From Clostridia bacterium (GTDB lineage Bacteria > Bacillota > Clostridia > Christensenellales > UBA1242), in assembly GCA_017466725.1 (NCBI GenBank), contig JAFTTP010000002.1, forward strand, positions 67,492 through 131,491: DNA of 64,000 bases. Direction: 5' to 3'. Positions within the stretch are counted from its first letter, which is position 1; every line of letters starts with the position of its first letter. Below, piece after piece: positions 47,836 through 58,644 of the stretch. A model generated the notes under the pieces. That model was given only the letters and a program-made list of their open reading frames with translations, did no database searches and had not been told where the DNA came from. A program made the translations under genes and the position numbers.

Positions 47836-47917
47836 TGGTGCGGGCGGTGGGAGTCGAACCCACACGGTTTCCCACTTGCCCCTTAAACAAGCGCGTCTGC
47901 CATTCCGCCACGCCCGC
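47836..47917 (-). tRNA. tRNA-Leu, class II, apparent anticodon AAG, encoded CCA
   Basis: 82 nt. Acceptor GCGGGCG/CGCCCGC. D arm GCG-GAAUGGCAGA-CGC. Anticodon stem CUUGU/GCAAG with loop UUAAGGG. 11-nt variable region. T arm GUGGG-UUCGACU-CCCAC, then ACCA. Confidence 0.85.
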
Positions 47918-47939
47918 ACATTTTTTATGATACTCTCTT

Positions 47940-47969
47940 ATTATATTTATATATCACATCATTGTCAAG
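47940..47969 (-). promoter_or_regulatory. Candidate sigma-A promoter for tRNA-Leu
   Basis: On the minus strand: TTGACA (47969-47964), 18 nt, TATAAT (47945-47940). Lies about 20 nt upstream of the tRNA 5' end. Confidence 0.6.
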
Positions 47970-48015
47970 CATTTTTGACATATTTTTCAAGAAAAATAAA
48001 AAACATTAGAAAATT

Positions 48016-48312
48016 CTAACGCCCTTTATCTTCTTTGTTAAATTCAGTTAATCCTTTTTCAAACATATCTTTGCTTTCAGGGTCAAGCATAAATATTAGG
48101 CCCATCAATTGACCCACATGCACTTTTTCTTCTTTTGCAATATCTTTTATCGCGTTCTTAGCCGATTCATCATTTGTTTGCATTAAATGATTTTCATATT
48201 GAATGATTGCTTCAAGTTCGCCAACAACATCCATTCGCGCATTTTGCAAAGTTGTAAAATTGTTGCTACTTTTGTTGGCAGAATTGTCTAATATGTTAAA
48301 AAATCCTTTCAT
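48016..48312 (-). CDS. Small ferritin-like (EncFtn/rubrerythrin-like) protein
   Basis: 98 aa from the ATG at 48312 after AGAGGGGGA. GELEAIIQYENH ... KEEKVHVGQL resembles the E-x-x-Y / EEKxH diiron ligands of encapsulated-ferritin-type proteins. Confidence 0.6.
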   Translation of the reverse strand: MKGFFNILDNSANKSSNNFTTLQNARMDVVGELEAIIQYENHLMQTNDESAKNAIKDIAKEEKVHVGQLMGLIFMLDPESKDMFEKGLTEFNKEDKGR

Positions 48313-48369
48313 ATATCCCCCTCTTTTGTTATATGCCAACTTTTACATATGTGACAAGAAAAAAAGAGA

Positions 48370-49632
48370 TTAACAAACCTCTTTCTTTTCTTGTTTTTTA
48401 TATATCACTTCTGGTTGCACGTCGTCTTGTTCAATAAATTCCTTTGTTACAATAATCTTCTGCACATCCATCCAACTTGGTGCCTCATACATAAGTTTAG
48501 TCATTTTGGACTCAATAATTGTTCTAAGCCCCCTTGCACCCGTTTTAAGTTCCATGGCTTTCTTGGCGATTGCCTTAACTGCATCTTCAGTGAAGTCAAT
48601 TTCCATTTCATCAATTTTAAACATAAGTTTATATTGTTTTACAATTGAATTCTTTGGCTTTGTCAAAATTTGTACCAAAGCATCTTCGTCAAGTTCGTCC
48701 AAGCCAACCACAACTGGAAGTCTACCAATAAACTCTGGGATAAGGCCAAACTTAATTAAATCGTTAGGCTGTATTTCTTTAGCATAGTTTTTCTTCACCT
48801 CTTCTTCGCTTGCACGAATATGAGCATTAAAACCAAGTGAAGTATCGTTTTTGCGAGTTTCAATAATTTTATCAAGCCCAACAAATGCACCACCGCAAAT
48901 AAAGAGAATGTTTGTTGTATCAATTTGAATCATCTCTTGTTGAGGATGCTTTCTGCCGCCTTGTGGTGGAACAGATGCAACAGTACTTTCTAAAATTTTC
49001 AACAATGCCTGTTGAACACCTTCCCCCGCAACATCACGCGTGATTGAAACATTTTGTGTTTTCTTTGCAATTTTGTCAATTTCGTCGATGTAAATTATTC
49101 CACGCTGAGCCTTTTCGATGTCATAGTCGGCATTTTGAATAAGTTTAAGCAAAATGTTTTCTACGTCATCACCAACATATCCCGCCTCAGTAAGTGTAGT
49201 TGCATCACATGACGCAAATGGCACTTTAAGCGCTTTAGCAAGTGTTTTTGCAAGCAACGTTTTGCCCGAACCTGTTGCACCAACCATAAGAATATTACTT
49301 TTTTCAAGTTCAACCTCATCGGTATTATGCTCTACTGTTTTAAGTAAGTTATAGTTTAAGCGTTTATAGTGATTATAAACGGCAACGGCAAGCACCCTTT
49401 TTGCTTCATCTTGACCTATAATATACTCATCAAGTTTTTCTTTTATTTCTTTTGGCGAAGGCAAATCAATCTTCTCGAAAGTCGACCTTTTTATATTCTC
49501 TGCCATGATGTCTTTGCAAATTGCTACGCATTCATCGCAAATATACGCCTCTCCTCCCGGACTTGCAATAAGTTTTTTTGCTTCTTTTTCACTTTTACCG
49601 CAAAAACTACACTTGCATACAAAATCGCTCAT
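48370..49632 (-). CDS. clpX: ATP-dependent Clp protease ATP-binding subunit ClpX
   Basis: Zn-binding CSFCGK...CDEC, Walker [17 protein letters not shown]. Confidence 0.97.
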   Translation of the reverse strand: MSDFVCKCSFCGKSEKEAKKLIASPGGEAYICDECVAICKDIMAENIKRSTFEKIDLPSPKEIKEKLDEYIIGQDEAKRVLAVAVYNHYKRLNYNLLKTVEHNTDEVELEKSNILMVGATGSGKTLLAKTLAKALKVPFASCDATTLTEAGYVGDDVENILLKLIQNADYDIEKAQRGIIYIDEIDKIAKKTQNVSITRDVAGEGVQQALLKILESTVASVPPQGGRKHPQQEMIQIDTTNILFICGGAFVGLDKIIETRKNDTSLGFNAHIRASEEEVKKNYAKEIQPNDLIKFGLIPEFIGRLPVVVGLDELDEDALVQILTKPKNSIVKQYKLMFKIDEMEIDFTEDAVKAIAKKAMELKTGARGLRTIIESKMTKLMYEAPSWMDVQKIIVTKEFIEQDDVQPEVIYKKQEKKEVC

Positions 49633-49647
49633 AAAATCTCCTTTACA

Positions 49648-50238
49648 TTATGCTTTTACATTTCTTGAAACAAAAATTTCGTCAATAATTCCATACTCTT
49701 TGGCTTCTGCGGCAGTCATATAATTGTCTCTATCAGTGTCTTTTTCAACAATTTCAAGAGGCTTGCCTGTGTTTTCGCTAAGCATCTTATTCATTCTGTC
49801 CTTAATGTGTTGAATATGGTTTGCTTGAATTTGAATATCACTAACTTGACCTTGAGCGCCACCAAGAGGTTGATGAATCATAATTTCACTGTTTGGCAAT
49901 GCAAAACGTTTGCCCTTTGTACCTCCAGCAAGCAAAAATGCCCCCATTGATGCGGCACGGCCAACACAAATGGTAGAAACATCACACTTTATATATTTCA
50001 TCGTGTCATAAATTGCAAGTCCAGCGCTTACGCTTCCACCAGGACTATTGATGTAAATTGAAATGTCCTTATTTGGATTTTTACCTTCAAGGTATATAAG
50101 TTGAGCAACCACTATATTTGCCATTGAATCTTCAATTTCGCCATTTAAGAAAATAATGCGGTCTTCAAGAAGTCTTGAATAAATATCATAAGATCTTTCA
50201 CTATTACCAGTTTGGTCTACAACCATTGGGATTAACAT
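49648..50238 (-). CDS. clpP: ATP-dependent Clp protease proteolytic subunit
   Basis: 196 aa with the catalytic Ser ([11 protein letters not shown]) and His (IMIHQPLGG). Confidence 0.97.
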   Translation of the reverse strand: MLIPMVVDQTGNSERSYDIYSRLLEDRIIFLNGEIEDSMANIVVAQLIYLEGKNPNKDISIYINSPGGSVSAGLAIYDTMKYIKCDVSTICVGRAASMGAFLLAGGTKGKRFALPNSEIMIHQPLGGAQGQVSDIQIQANHIQHIKDRMNKMLSENTGKPLEIVEKDTDRDNYMTAAEAKEYGIIDEIFVSRNVKA

Positions 50239-50345
50239 AATAAACCTCCTAAAAATGTATAATAAGCATCAAGCCCCTTCACTATATAAATGAAAGGGCT
50301 TTGTCTTTTGTAAAACTTGCGTACATAATAATTATACGCCAGATT

Positions 50346-51626
50346 TTATTGTTTATTTGCTTTAGATTTGATTAAATCTAAAACTTTTGTCATAATAACG
50401 TTGTTTTGGAAGAAAGCGTAGTCATTTGGTGACATAGCCTTTTTGAAATCTTCTCCGTTCATGTTATATCTTGCAGCATAGTTTGCAATTTCTTGATCCA
50501 TTTCTTTTTCAGTTACTGAAACTTTGTTTTCAGAGATAATTCTTTGCAGAACAAGTCTTGTCTTAATATTCTTTTCAGCATCAGATTTTCTTTCAGCCTT
50601 AAATTCTTCAAGAGTTTTGCCAATATATTGCAAGTATCCTTCAATAGTCATGCCTTGGTGAGAAAGTCTATGTTCAAAATCTTCAATCATATGATGAAGT
50701 TCATGTTCAATCATGCTTTCGCCAAGAGTAATGTTTGCTTTTTCTGCAATTTCATCAAGAAGAGCCACTTCATAGTCTCTTTCAACCTTCTCTTCTGCCA
50801 TCTTAGCAAGGTTTTCTTTAATTGCTGCTTTAAATTCTTCAACAGTTTCATATTCAGTAGTGTCTGAAACAAATTTATCATCAATTTCAGGAAGTACTTT
50901 TTTCTCAACCTTTTTAAGTGTAATATGGAATACAGCTGGTTTTCCTGCCAAATTTTCTGCTGGATAGTTTGCTGGGAAGGTAACATTAATGTCACGTTCT
51001 TCACCTTTATTCATGCCGCAAACTTGTTCTTCAAAACCTTCAATAAAAGAGTGAGAACCAAGTTCAAGTCTATAATCTGCAGCCTTTCCTCCGTCAAATT
51101 CTACTCCATCAACACTTCCTACAAAATCAATTGTTGCAAAGTCACCATTTTCAGCAGTTTTTTCTTCTTCAACGTATCTTGCATGAGATGCTCTTGATGC
51201 TTCAAGTTCAGCTGCTACTTGTTCATCAGAAACAACTGCTTGGCCTTTCTTTGCTGTTAAAGATGCAAGCTCTGGAAGTTCAAATTCAGGCATAAGGTCA
51301 AATTTAAGTTCAGCCTCAAGTCCAGCCTCAACTGTGAATGATTTGATGTCTGCATGTGGATGTGACGCAGGCACAATTTTCTTGTTTTCAGTCAAGAATT
51401 TAGAATATTCCTCGTTTACAACCGCGTCAAAAGCATCTTCAAAGAAGACATGCTCGCCATAATGTTGTTCGATTACTCTTCTTGGCGCTTTGCCAGCTCT
51501 AAATCCTTCAACTTTAAATTTAGATTTGTTTTGTTGGTAAACAGCTTCAACGGCCTTTTCCCATTCTTCTTTTGAAACTTTAACTGTTAAAATTCCTTGT
51601 TGGTCTTTTTTCTTAAATGTATACAT
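50346..51626 (-). CDS. tig: Trigger factor
   Basis: GFRAGKAPRRVIE ribosome-binding motif and a PPIase domain. The ATG at 51626 after GGAGAA is preferred over 51659. Confidence 0.95.
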   Translation of the reverse strand: MYTFKKKDQQGILTVKVSKEEWEKAVEAVYQQNKSKFKVEGFRAGKAPRRVIEQHYGEHVFFEDAFDAVVNEEYSKFLTENKKIVPASHPHADIKSFTVEAGLEAELKFDLMPEFELPELASLTAKKGQAVVSDEQVAAELEASRASHARYVEEEKTAENGDFATIDFVGSVDGVEFDGGKAADYRLELGSHSFIEGFEEQVCGMNKGEERDINVTFPANYPAENLAGKPAVFHITLKKVEKKVLPEIDDKFVSDTTEYETVEEFKAAIKENLAKMAEEKVERDYEVALLDEIAEKANITLGESMIEHELHHMIEDFEHRLSHQGMTIEGYLQYIGKTLEEFKAERKSDAEKNIKTRLVLQRIISENKVSVTEKEMDQEIANYAARYNMNGEDFKKAMSPNDYAFFQNNVIMTKVLDLIKSKANKQ

Positions 51627-51702
51627 ATTTTTCTCCTTTTCCATGAGAGTATAGCACAATGCTTATAATTTTGCAAGTAAAAATTAAGTTTATATAAGAT
51701 TT

Positions 51703-52089
51703 TTATGCCACAACACCGCTGCACATTGCCCCGATGCAAGTTATGGCAAGCGAAAGGCAAAAAATTATTTTAAAGATATCAATCATTTTGTCCCTTACAA
51801 GAGATTTTTTATACTTCTGTACATAAACATCCCTTGCCATATCAAAATCTTTTTCGGTTAAAGATGTTGAATTGATTGTCTGCGCCTTATAATAGGCAAA
51901 ATCTTCATCAAAATGCCACTTATAATCTTCAAGATATTTATAAATGAACACAAACGCCCAATACAAACAAAGCGCAGTCAAAAAAGAAAGGGAGAAAAAG
52001 AGAAACCCTCCCCACACTTCTTTCAACGCACCTGTAAGCACAATTAATGCTATCAAGCCTACAGTTATCCAAATTTTATTTTTTATCAT
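51703..52089 (-). CDS. Hypothetical membrane protein (3 TM)
   Basis: 128-aa hydrophobic ORF. No family recognised. Confidence 0.5.
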   Translation of the reverse strand: MIKNKIWITVGLIALIVLTGALKEVWGGFLFFSLSFLTALCLYWAFVFIYKYLEDYKWHFDEDFAYYKAQTINSTSLTEKDFDMARDVYVQKYKKSLVRDKMIDIFKIIFCLSLAITCIGAMCSGVVA

Positions 52090-52101
52090 ATTTTCTTTTG
52101 T

Positions 52102-52401
52102 TTAAACTCCAACTGCATCTAAAATAAACAGCACAACTATTGTCACCACAAAAATTACGTAGCAAACAATCCATGCAACATGCTTATGAGTTCTCACCCA
52201 GTTAAAAGCTACTATTATTGAAATTATATAGGCAATGCATTCGCCAATTCGTCTAAATGCTTGCGACAGCGAGGAATTGTTTGCCAACACCAGCGTCAAC
52301 AGCAGCGATACTGCAATGCAACCTATTCCAATATACGCCATTAGCGATAGCCACTTGTCTTTTGAGAACCTAATCACCCTACTGTTTTTATTTTCTGCCA
52401 T
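52102..52401 (-). CDS. Hypothetical membrane protein (3 TM)
   Basis: 99-aa hydrophobic ORF starting 2 nt after the gap stop. Confidence 0.5.
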   Translation of the reverse strand: MAENKNSRVIRFSKDKWLSLMAYIGIGCIAVSLLLTLVLANNSSLSQAFRRIGECIAYIISIIVAFNWVRTHKHVAWIVCYVIFVVTIVVLFILDAVGV

Positions 52402-52403
52402 AT

Positions 52404-54211
<1,808 letters not shown>

Positions 54212-54221
54212 TTATTCACCC

Positions 54222-54656
54222 CTAAAATTTTTTAATCCTTTTCGCGTGACGTCCGCCCTCAAAATCTGTAGTTAAAAAAACTTTTACAATTTTAATTGCT
54301 TGGCGAGGCGATGTGCTTCTTCCTGCAAGGCAAAGCACATTTGCATCGTTATGACGACGAGATAATGACGCCGAGGCCTCATCTCTGCAAAGCGCTGCTC
54401 TAATTTTTGGATTTCGGTTTGCCACCATGCTCATACCAATGCCGCTGCCACAAACATAAATTCCAACGTTTCTTGGGTCTTCTAAAACCTTTTCATTGCC
54501 AGCCTTTGCAAAATCAGGATAATCATCAACATTTTCTCTTGAGTGACATCCCACGTCAATGGCAATGATGTTTTCTTTATTGAAAAACTTTTTGATTTCT
54601 TCCTTCAATTGAAATCCTGCATGATCACTTGCTAAAATTATCATTTTTCTCTCCAC
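54222..54656 (-). CDS. rpiB: Ribose-5-phosphate isomerase B
   Basis: 144 aa with ILASDHAGF and CGSGIGMSMVANR. Confidence 0.93.
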   Translation of the reverse strand: MERKMIILASDHAGFQLKEEIKKFFNKENIIAIDVGCHSRENVDDYPDFAKAGNEKVLEDPRNVGIYVCGSGIGMSMVANRNPKIRAALCRDEASASLSRRHNDANVLCLAGRSTSPRQAIKIVKVFLTTDFEGGRHAKRIKKF

Positions 54657-55069
54657 AAAGTTATATTTTGAATAAGTTTATCAATCCCTTTCATTATTTC
54701 TTTTGCAGTCAATAAATATACCTCTTCTGACTGCCCGTAAGGGTCAATAATCTCTTTTCCAATAAGATTTTTCATTGATATGACTTTTTTCGACGGTATT
54801 TTGTCTCGCATACTTTCTGTCATAACAACGTAAAGCATATCTTTGTCAACCTTATTTAGTTTGATTGATTTTCTGTTGCTTGCGTTTGCTTTTAAGGTTT
54901 TTAAAGCTTTTTTTGCGTTTGCTGCAATATTCTCGCCATTTGCAAACAGCCCCCTCGAAGACACTTTTACATCTTCAATCCCACGCTCTTTCACCTCTTT
55001 TTTCATCAGCCTTTCCGCCATAATCGAACGGCAAGTGCCTCCGGTGCAAACAAAACAAATTTTAATCAT
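54641..55069 (-). CDS. Low-molecular-weight protein tyrosine/arginine phosphatase
   Basis: CX5R P-loop (VCTGGTCRS) and a DPYG Asp loop; 142 aa. Confidence 0.88.
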   Translation of the reverse strand: MIKICFVCTGGTCRSIMAERLMKKEVKERGIEDVKVSSRGLFANGENIAANAKKALKTLKANASNRKSIKLNKVDKDMLYVVMTESMRDKIPSKKVISMKNLIGKEIIDPYGQSEEVYLLTAKEIMKGIDKLIQNITLWREK

Positions 55070-55101
55070 ATCCCTCTCGACACAATAATCTTACCATATA
55101 A

Positions 55102-55142
55102 AACAAAAAAAACAAAACAAATAAGTTAAATTTGTCTTGTTT
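55102..55142 (-). terminator. Intrinsic terminator after rsfS
   Basis: 13-bp stem, 55110-55122 with 55130-55142 (one G-U pair in the minus-strand RNA), followed by a U run. Confidence 0.7.
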
Positions 55143-55159
55143 TATTTATAAATCATATC

Positions 55160-55477
55160 TTAAAGTGCAACTTTTTTAGATTTCCACAACTTATCCAAGT
55201 TATATTTTTCTCTTGCCACGCCAACAAACAAATGCACCACACATTGCCCCAAATCAAATATAATCCATTCGCCTTTATGATAGCCTTCTGGATATTTTTC
55301 CATATCAAAGTTTTTCATAACATCAAGTGCCAAAGCTTTGTTGTGTGCAACATCTTTGGCAGTTGCCACATAAATGAAGTCACAATTCTGTTCTTCTTTA
55401 GACAAATCATAAACACAAACGTCGTCACATTGATTTTCAACAAGATAATCATACATATCTTTCAAATGATTCTTCAC
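55160..55477 (-). CDS. rsfS: Ribosome silencing factor RsfS
   Basis: 105 aa with DFIYVATAKDVAHNKALA and GEWIIFDLGQCVVHLF. Confidence 0.88.
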   Translation of the reverse strand: MKNHLKDMYDYLVENQCDDVCVYDLSKEEQNCDFIYVATAKDVAHNKALALDVMKNFDMEKYPEGYHKGEWIIFDLGQCVVHLFVGVAREKYNLDKLWKSKKVAL

Positions 55478-55541
55478 TTTGCACCATCCTCACGTTATAT
55501 TTGCTTTCATTATAACCCATTTCACTTGCCTTGTCAAATAA

Positions 55542-55571
55542 TTGTCTAAAATTTTATTTTTTGTCTATAAA
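55542..55571 (+). promoter_or_regulatory. Candidate promoter placing TSS at ATG 55578
   Basis: TTGTCT (55542-55547), 18 nt, TATAAA (55566-55571). Then 6 nt (TAGTGT) and the ATG; no SD. Confidence 0.4.
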
Positions 55572-55577
55572 TAGTGT

Positions 55578-56366
55578 ATGAAAACTATAATCACCATATT
55601 TCAAGAACTTTTAAAGTTTGCGTTATTCTTTGTAATATCATATATTTGGCTTAATTATTCTTTTGATAGTAAAGGGTTTGCACTTGCACTTTCAATTGCA
55701 ATCAGCATACTTTTAGAGGTTTTGAGTTTTATCTTTTCACGCAACAAAAAAGCGAAAAAACATTTAAAGTCATCTCAACAATCAGACGCGGAAAATATGT
55801 TTCTTTCTTTAGTGTTAGATAAATCTGCTATGCAATTTTTTTACAATCTTTTCAATACCCGCCATAAAAATGTAAAAATAGCAAGCGACCACCTTGTAAT
55901 AGAACAACAAAACGGTCAAGCAATTATTTTCTACCCCTTCTTAAAAATTACACAACTAGAGGTAGACGATGTAATTTCAATCACAAAATTGCACCCTAAC
56001 GCAGAGAAAATTATTATATCTTGCAATATTGTTTCACCACAGTGCAACAAATATAGCGGCCACTTCAAACAAAATGTAGTTATTATGAATAAATATGACA
56101 CATATTTAAACCTTTATCAAGAATATGACTACTATCCCAAGATAACAAAAGAAAAGCCATTAAAAAAATCTTTTAACGCATTTACTAAAGGTGTTTTCAA
56201 TAAAACTAAAACTAAAAACTACATTTTGGCGGGATTAGTTTTGCTTTTATCTTCGCTGTATGCACCATATTCGCTTTATTATAAAATCACCGCAAGTGTA
56301 CTACTTCTTTTGGGGCTGATTTGCCTTATTTTACCAAATAGACAAATAAAAAAAGAACTAGTATGA
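55578..56366 (+). CDS. Hypothetical membrane protein (2 N-terminal + 2 C-terminal TMs around a soluble core)
   Basis: 262-aa ORF. No family recognised with confidence. Confidence 0.55.
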   Translation: MKTIITIFQELLKFALFFVISYIWLNYSFDSKGFALALSIAISILLEVLSFIFSRNKKAKKHLKSSQQSDAENMFLSLVLDKSAMQFFYNLFNTRHKNVKIASDHLVIEQQNGQAIIFYPFLKITQLEVDDVISITKLHPNAEKIIISCNIVSPQCNKYSGHFKQNVVIMNKYDTYLNLYQEYDYYPKITKEKPLKKSFNAFTKGVFNKTKTKNYILAGLVLLLSSLYAPYSLYYKITASVLLLLGLICLILPNRQIKKELV

Positions 56367-56400
56367 ATTTATTATTAAATCATAACATACTAGTTCTTTT
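56351..56400. terminator. Bidirectional palindromic terminator, ACTAGTATG-core repeat family, copy 1
   Basis: 15-bp arms: AAAAGAACTAGTATG (56351-56365) and CATACTAGTTCTTTT (56386-56400), with a 20-nt AT loop. Lies between convergent genes. Confidence 0.8.
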
Positions 56401-56401
56401 A

Positions 56402-56698
56402 TCAATTCAATTCAATATGTTTAAAATCTTTTTTAGATGACTTTCGATAGATGATGACAATCCTACCAATCACCTGCACAGGCTCTGCATGCGTTGCATC
56501 GCAAACTTGCACCATCATTTCTTTTGGCGAGAAATCGCTGTTGTTTAACACTTTAATTTTAACAAGTTCTCTTGCCTCAAGAAGTGCATTTATTGCTTCA
56601 ATGGAATTTTCAGACAATCCTTCCTTCCCTATTTGCATAACAGGCTCAAGCGCATTGCCAAGTCCTCTTAAAAAGGCTCTTTGTTTTGTTGTAATCAT
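56402..56698 (-). CDS. yhbY: YhbY/CRM-domain ribosome assembly RNA-binding protein
   Basis: 98 aa with TTKQRAFLRGLGNALEPVMQIGKEGLS. Confidence 0.88.
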   Translation of the reverse strand: MITTKQRAFLRGLGNALEPVMQIGKEGLSENSIEAINALLEARELVKIKVLNNSDFSPKEMMVQVCDATHAEPVQVIGRIVIIYRKSSKKDFKHIELN

Positions 56699-56707
56699 AT
56701 GTTCTCC

Positions 56708-57976
56708 TTATTCAGTATACTCAAAAGTAATATCTTTAATTTTAACAATACTTCCGTTTACAAGTCCGCGTTCTTTCATCATGTCAATAATGCCCATTTC
56801 ATTTAAAGTCTTTTGGAAATACGCAAATGAGCGAGTGTCTGAAAGTACAACACCTCTAATAAAGTTGTCAATTTTACCGCCGCTGAGCACAAACGCCCCT
56901 TCATCATCACGTGTGATTGATAAACTGTCGCGGTCGCGCACGTCAAAATCAAACTTTTCAACTTCAACTGGTGGTTTAGGTGGAAGTTTGCTCAGTTTTT
57001 CAAGCGTTAAAAGCTTCAATGCGTCTATATTATGATATGTTGCACCAGAAATTGTAATATATACCCCGCCTATCTCCTTTTCAAAGCGTGCTATTCTTTC
57101 GTTAAGTGTATCTTCATCTAATAAGTCCACCTTTGAAAGCACCGCAATTTGTGGCGTTTTGGCAAGTTCACTGCTATACTTAGCCAGTTCTTGATTGATA
57201 ATCTTGTAATCTTCAACAAAGTCACGGCAATCAGACTGAGAAATATCAATAATGTGAAGTATCAGCCTTACTCTTTCCACATGGCGTAAGAAATAGTGAC
57301 CTAGTCCCTGTCCTTCACTTGCCCCTTCAATAAGCCCCGGGATATCAGCAACTACAAATGTTTGACCCTTAACCTCACACATACCAAGGTTTGGATATAA
57401 AGTTGTAAATGGGTAGTTTGCAATTTTAGGATTTGCATTTGAAATGCAAGACAGCAATGTCGATTTGCCGGCATTTGGAAAACCAACAAGCCCTACATCT
57501 GCAATTGTCTTAAGTTCTAAAATAACTTCATGCTGCTTTGTTGTCTCGCCAGTTTGCGAAAAGTGTGGCGCTTGTTTGATTGATGATTTATAATAATGGT
57601 TGCCATGACCACCTTTGCCGCCTTTCAAAGCAACAAATTCCATACCATCTTCATAAAGGTCTGCAATAATTTTGTTGCTTTCACTGTCAATAACAACAGT
57701 GCCACATGGCACATTAATTACAACATCCTTACCATTTGCGCCGGTTTTAAGCCTTTGTCCTCCATTTCCACCATTTTCGGCAAAGAATTTTTTATGAAAA
57801 CGAAAATCATAAAGCGTATTAAGGTTGCGTGTGGCTTTAAAAATCACACTGCCGCCATTTCCTCCTTCCCCGCCGTCTGGCCCGCCATTAGCAGTTTGAG
57901 CAGTACGCAAAAAAGAGGCAGAACCATTTCCACCATTACCAGCTTTAATTTGAATTTTAACTCGATCTAAAAACAT
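56708..57976 (-). CDS. obg: GTPase Obg/CgtA
   Basis: Starts MFLDRVKI, with a Gly-rich Obg fold. G1 GFPNAGKST, DIPGLIEGA, and a C-terminal TGS-like/OCT domain. Confidence 0.96.
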   Translation of the reverse strand: MFLDRVKIQIKAGNGGNGSASFLRTAQTANGGPDGGEGGNGGSVIFKATRNLNTLYDFRFHKKFFAENGGNGGQRLKTGANGKDVVINVPCGTVVIDSESNKIIADLYEDGMEFVALKGGKGGHGNHYYKSSIKQAPHFSQTGETTKQHEVILELKTIADVGLVGFPNAGKSTLLSCISNANPKIANYPFTTLYPNLGMCEVKGQTFVVADIPGLIEGASEGQGLGHYFLRHVERVRLILHIIDISQSDCRDFVEDYKIINQELAKYSSELAKTPQIAVLSKVDLLDEDTLNERIARFEKEIGGVYITISGATYHNIDALKLLTLEKLSKLPPKPPVEVEKFDFDVRDRDSLSITRDDEGAFVLSGGKIDNFIRGVVLSDTRSFAYFQKTLNEMGIIDMMKERGLVNGSIVKIKDITFEYTE

Positions 57977-58016
57977 ACTACCCCTTTATTTTGTGTGTGT
58001 TTAAGCAAAATACTTA

Positions 58017-58643
58017 CTATATTTTGTGTTGTTTATCTGTTGTACATATTTTCTTAAATGGGCATTTGGCGCATTCTGGTCTTTGAGATTTGCATATATA
58101 TCTTCCAAAATGCACCATCTGCAAATGCAGTTTGCTCCAGTGCTTTCTGTCAAAAGTTTGCATCAATGCCCTTTCGCAAACTTCTGGGTTGTCAGTTGTT
58201 ACAAGCCCAAGCCTATTTGACACTCTTAATACATGTGTATCAACTGCAATCGCGTCACCTTTAAACGCCTCAGCAAGTACAACGTTGGCCGTCTTTCTAC
58301 CTACACCTGCTAAGGTTTGCATTTTTGCTAAATCATTTGGAACTTGTCCATCAAATTTGTCAATCAAGTCTTTCGTCATAGAAAGGATGTTTTTTGCCTT
58401 ATTCCTATAAAAACCGCAAGAATGTATTTTTTCTTCCAACTGACTTTGGGTAAGCGTAAGCATAGCCTCTGGAGTTCCATAGTCCTTAAACAATTCTCTT
58501 GTTACAATATTTACCCTTTTATCTGTGCATTGCGCTGAAAGAATAACTGCTACAAGAAGTTGATAATTGCTCTCATATTCCAATTCACACTTTGGCGAAG
58601 GAAATAATTTTTGTAAATTTTGTATAATATTATTCTGTTTCAT
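58017..58643 (-). CDS. nth: Endonuclease III
   Basis: HhH-GPD (LAGVGRKTANVV) and a C-x6-C-x2-C-x5-C cluster (CKSQRPECAKCPFKKIC). Confidence 0.94.
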   Translation of the reverse strand: MKQNNIIQNLQKLFPSPKCELEYESNYQLLVAVILSAQCTDKRVNIVTRELFKDYGTPEAMLTLTQSQLEEKIHSCGFYRNKAKNILSMTKDLIDKFDGQVPNDLAKMQTLAGVGRKTANVVLAEAFKGDAIAVDTHVLRVSNRLGLVTTDNPEVCERALMQTFDRKHWSKLHLQMVHFGRYICKSQRPECAKCPFKKICTTDKQHKI

Positions 58644-58644
58644 A

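Noticed and set aside
47043-47917. A genomic island integrated at the tRNA-Leu 3' end.
   Set aside because: There is no adjacent integrase. I saw no direct repeat of the tRNA 3' end downstream, and only one small orphan gene is present. It is kept only as a low-interest note.
47794-47919. N-terminal 42 aa of track ORF 47275..47919 (MRAWRNGRRACLRGKWETVWVRLPPPAPK…).
   Set aside because: This stretch is the translation of the tRNA-Leu gene and its terminator. The real CDS starts at the SD-preceded ATG at 47793.
50239-50345. A CtsR operator (GGTCAAA direct repeat) upstream of clpP.
   Set aside because: No GGTCAAA-type repeat is visible. Only an imperfect hairpin following tig is present.
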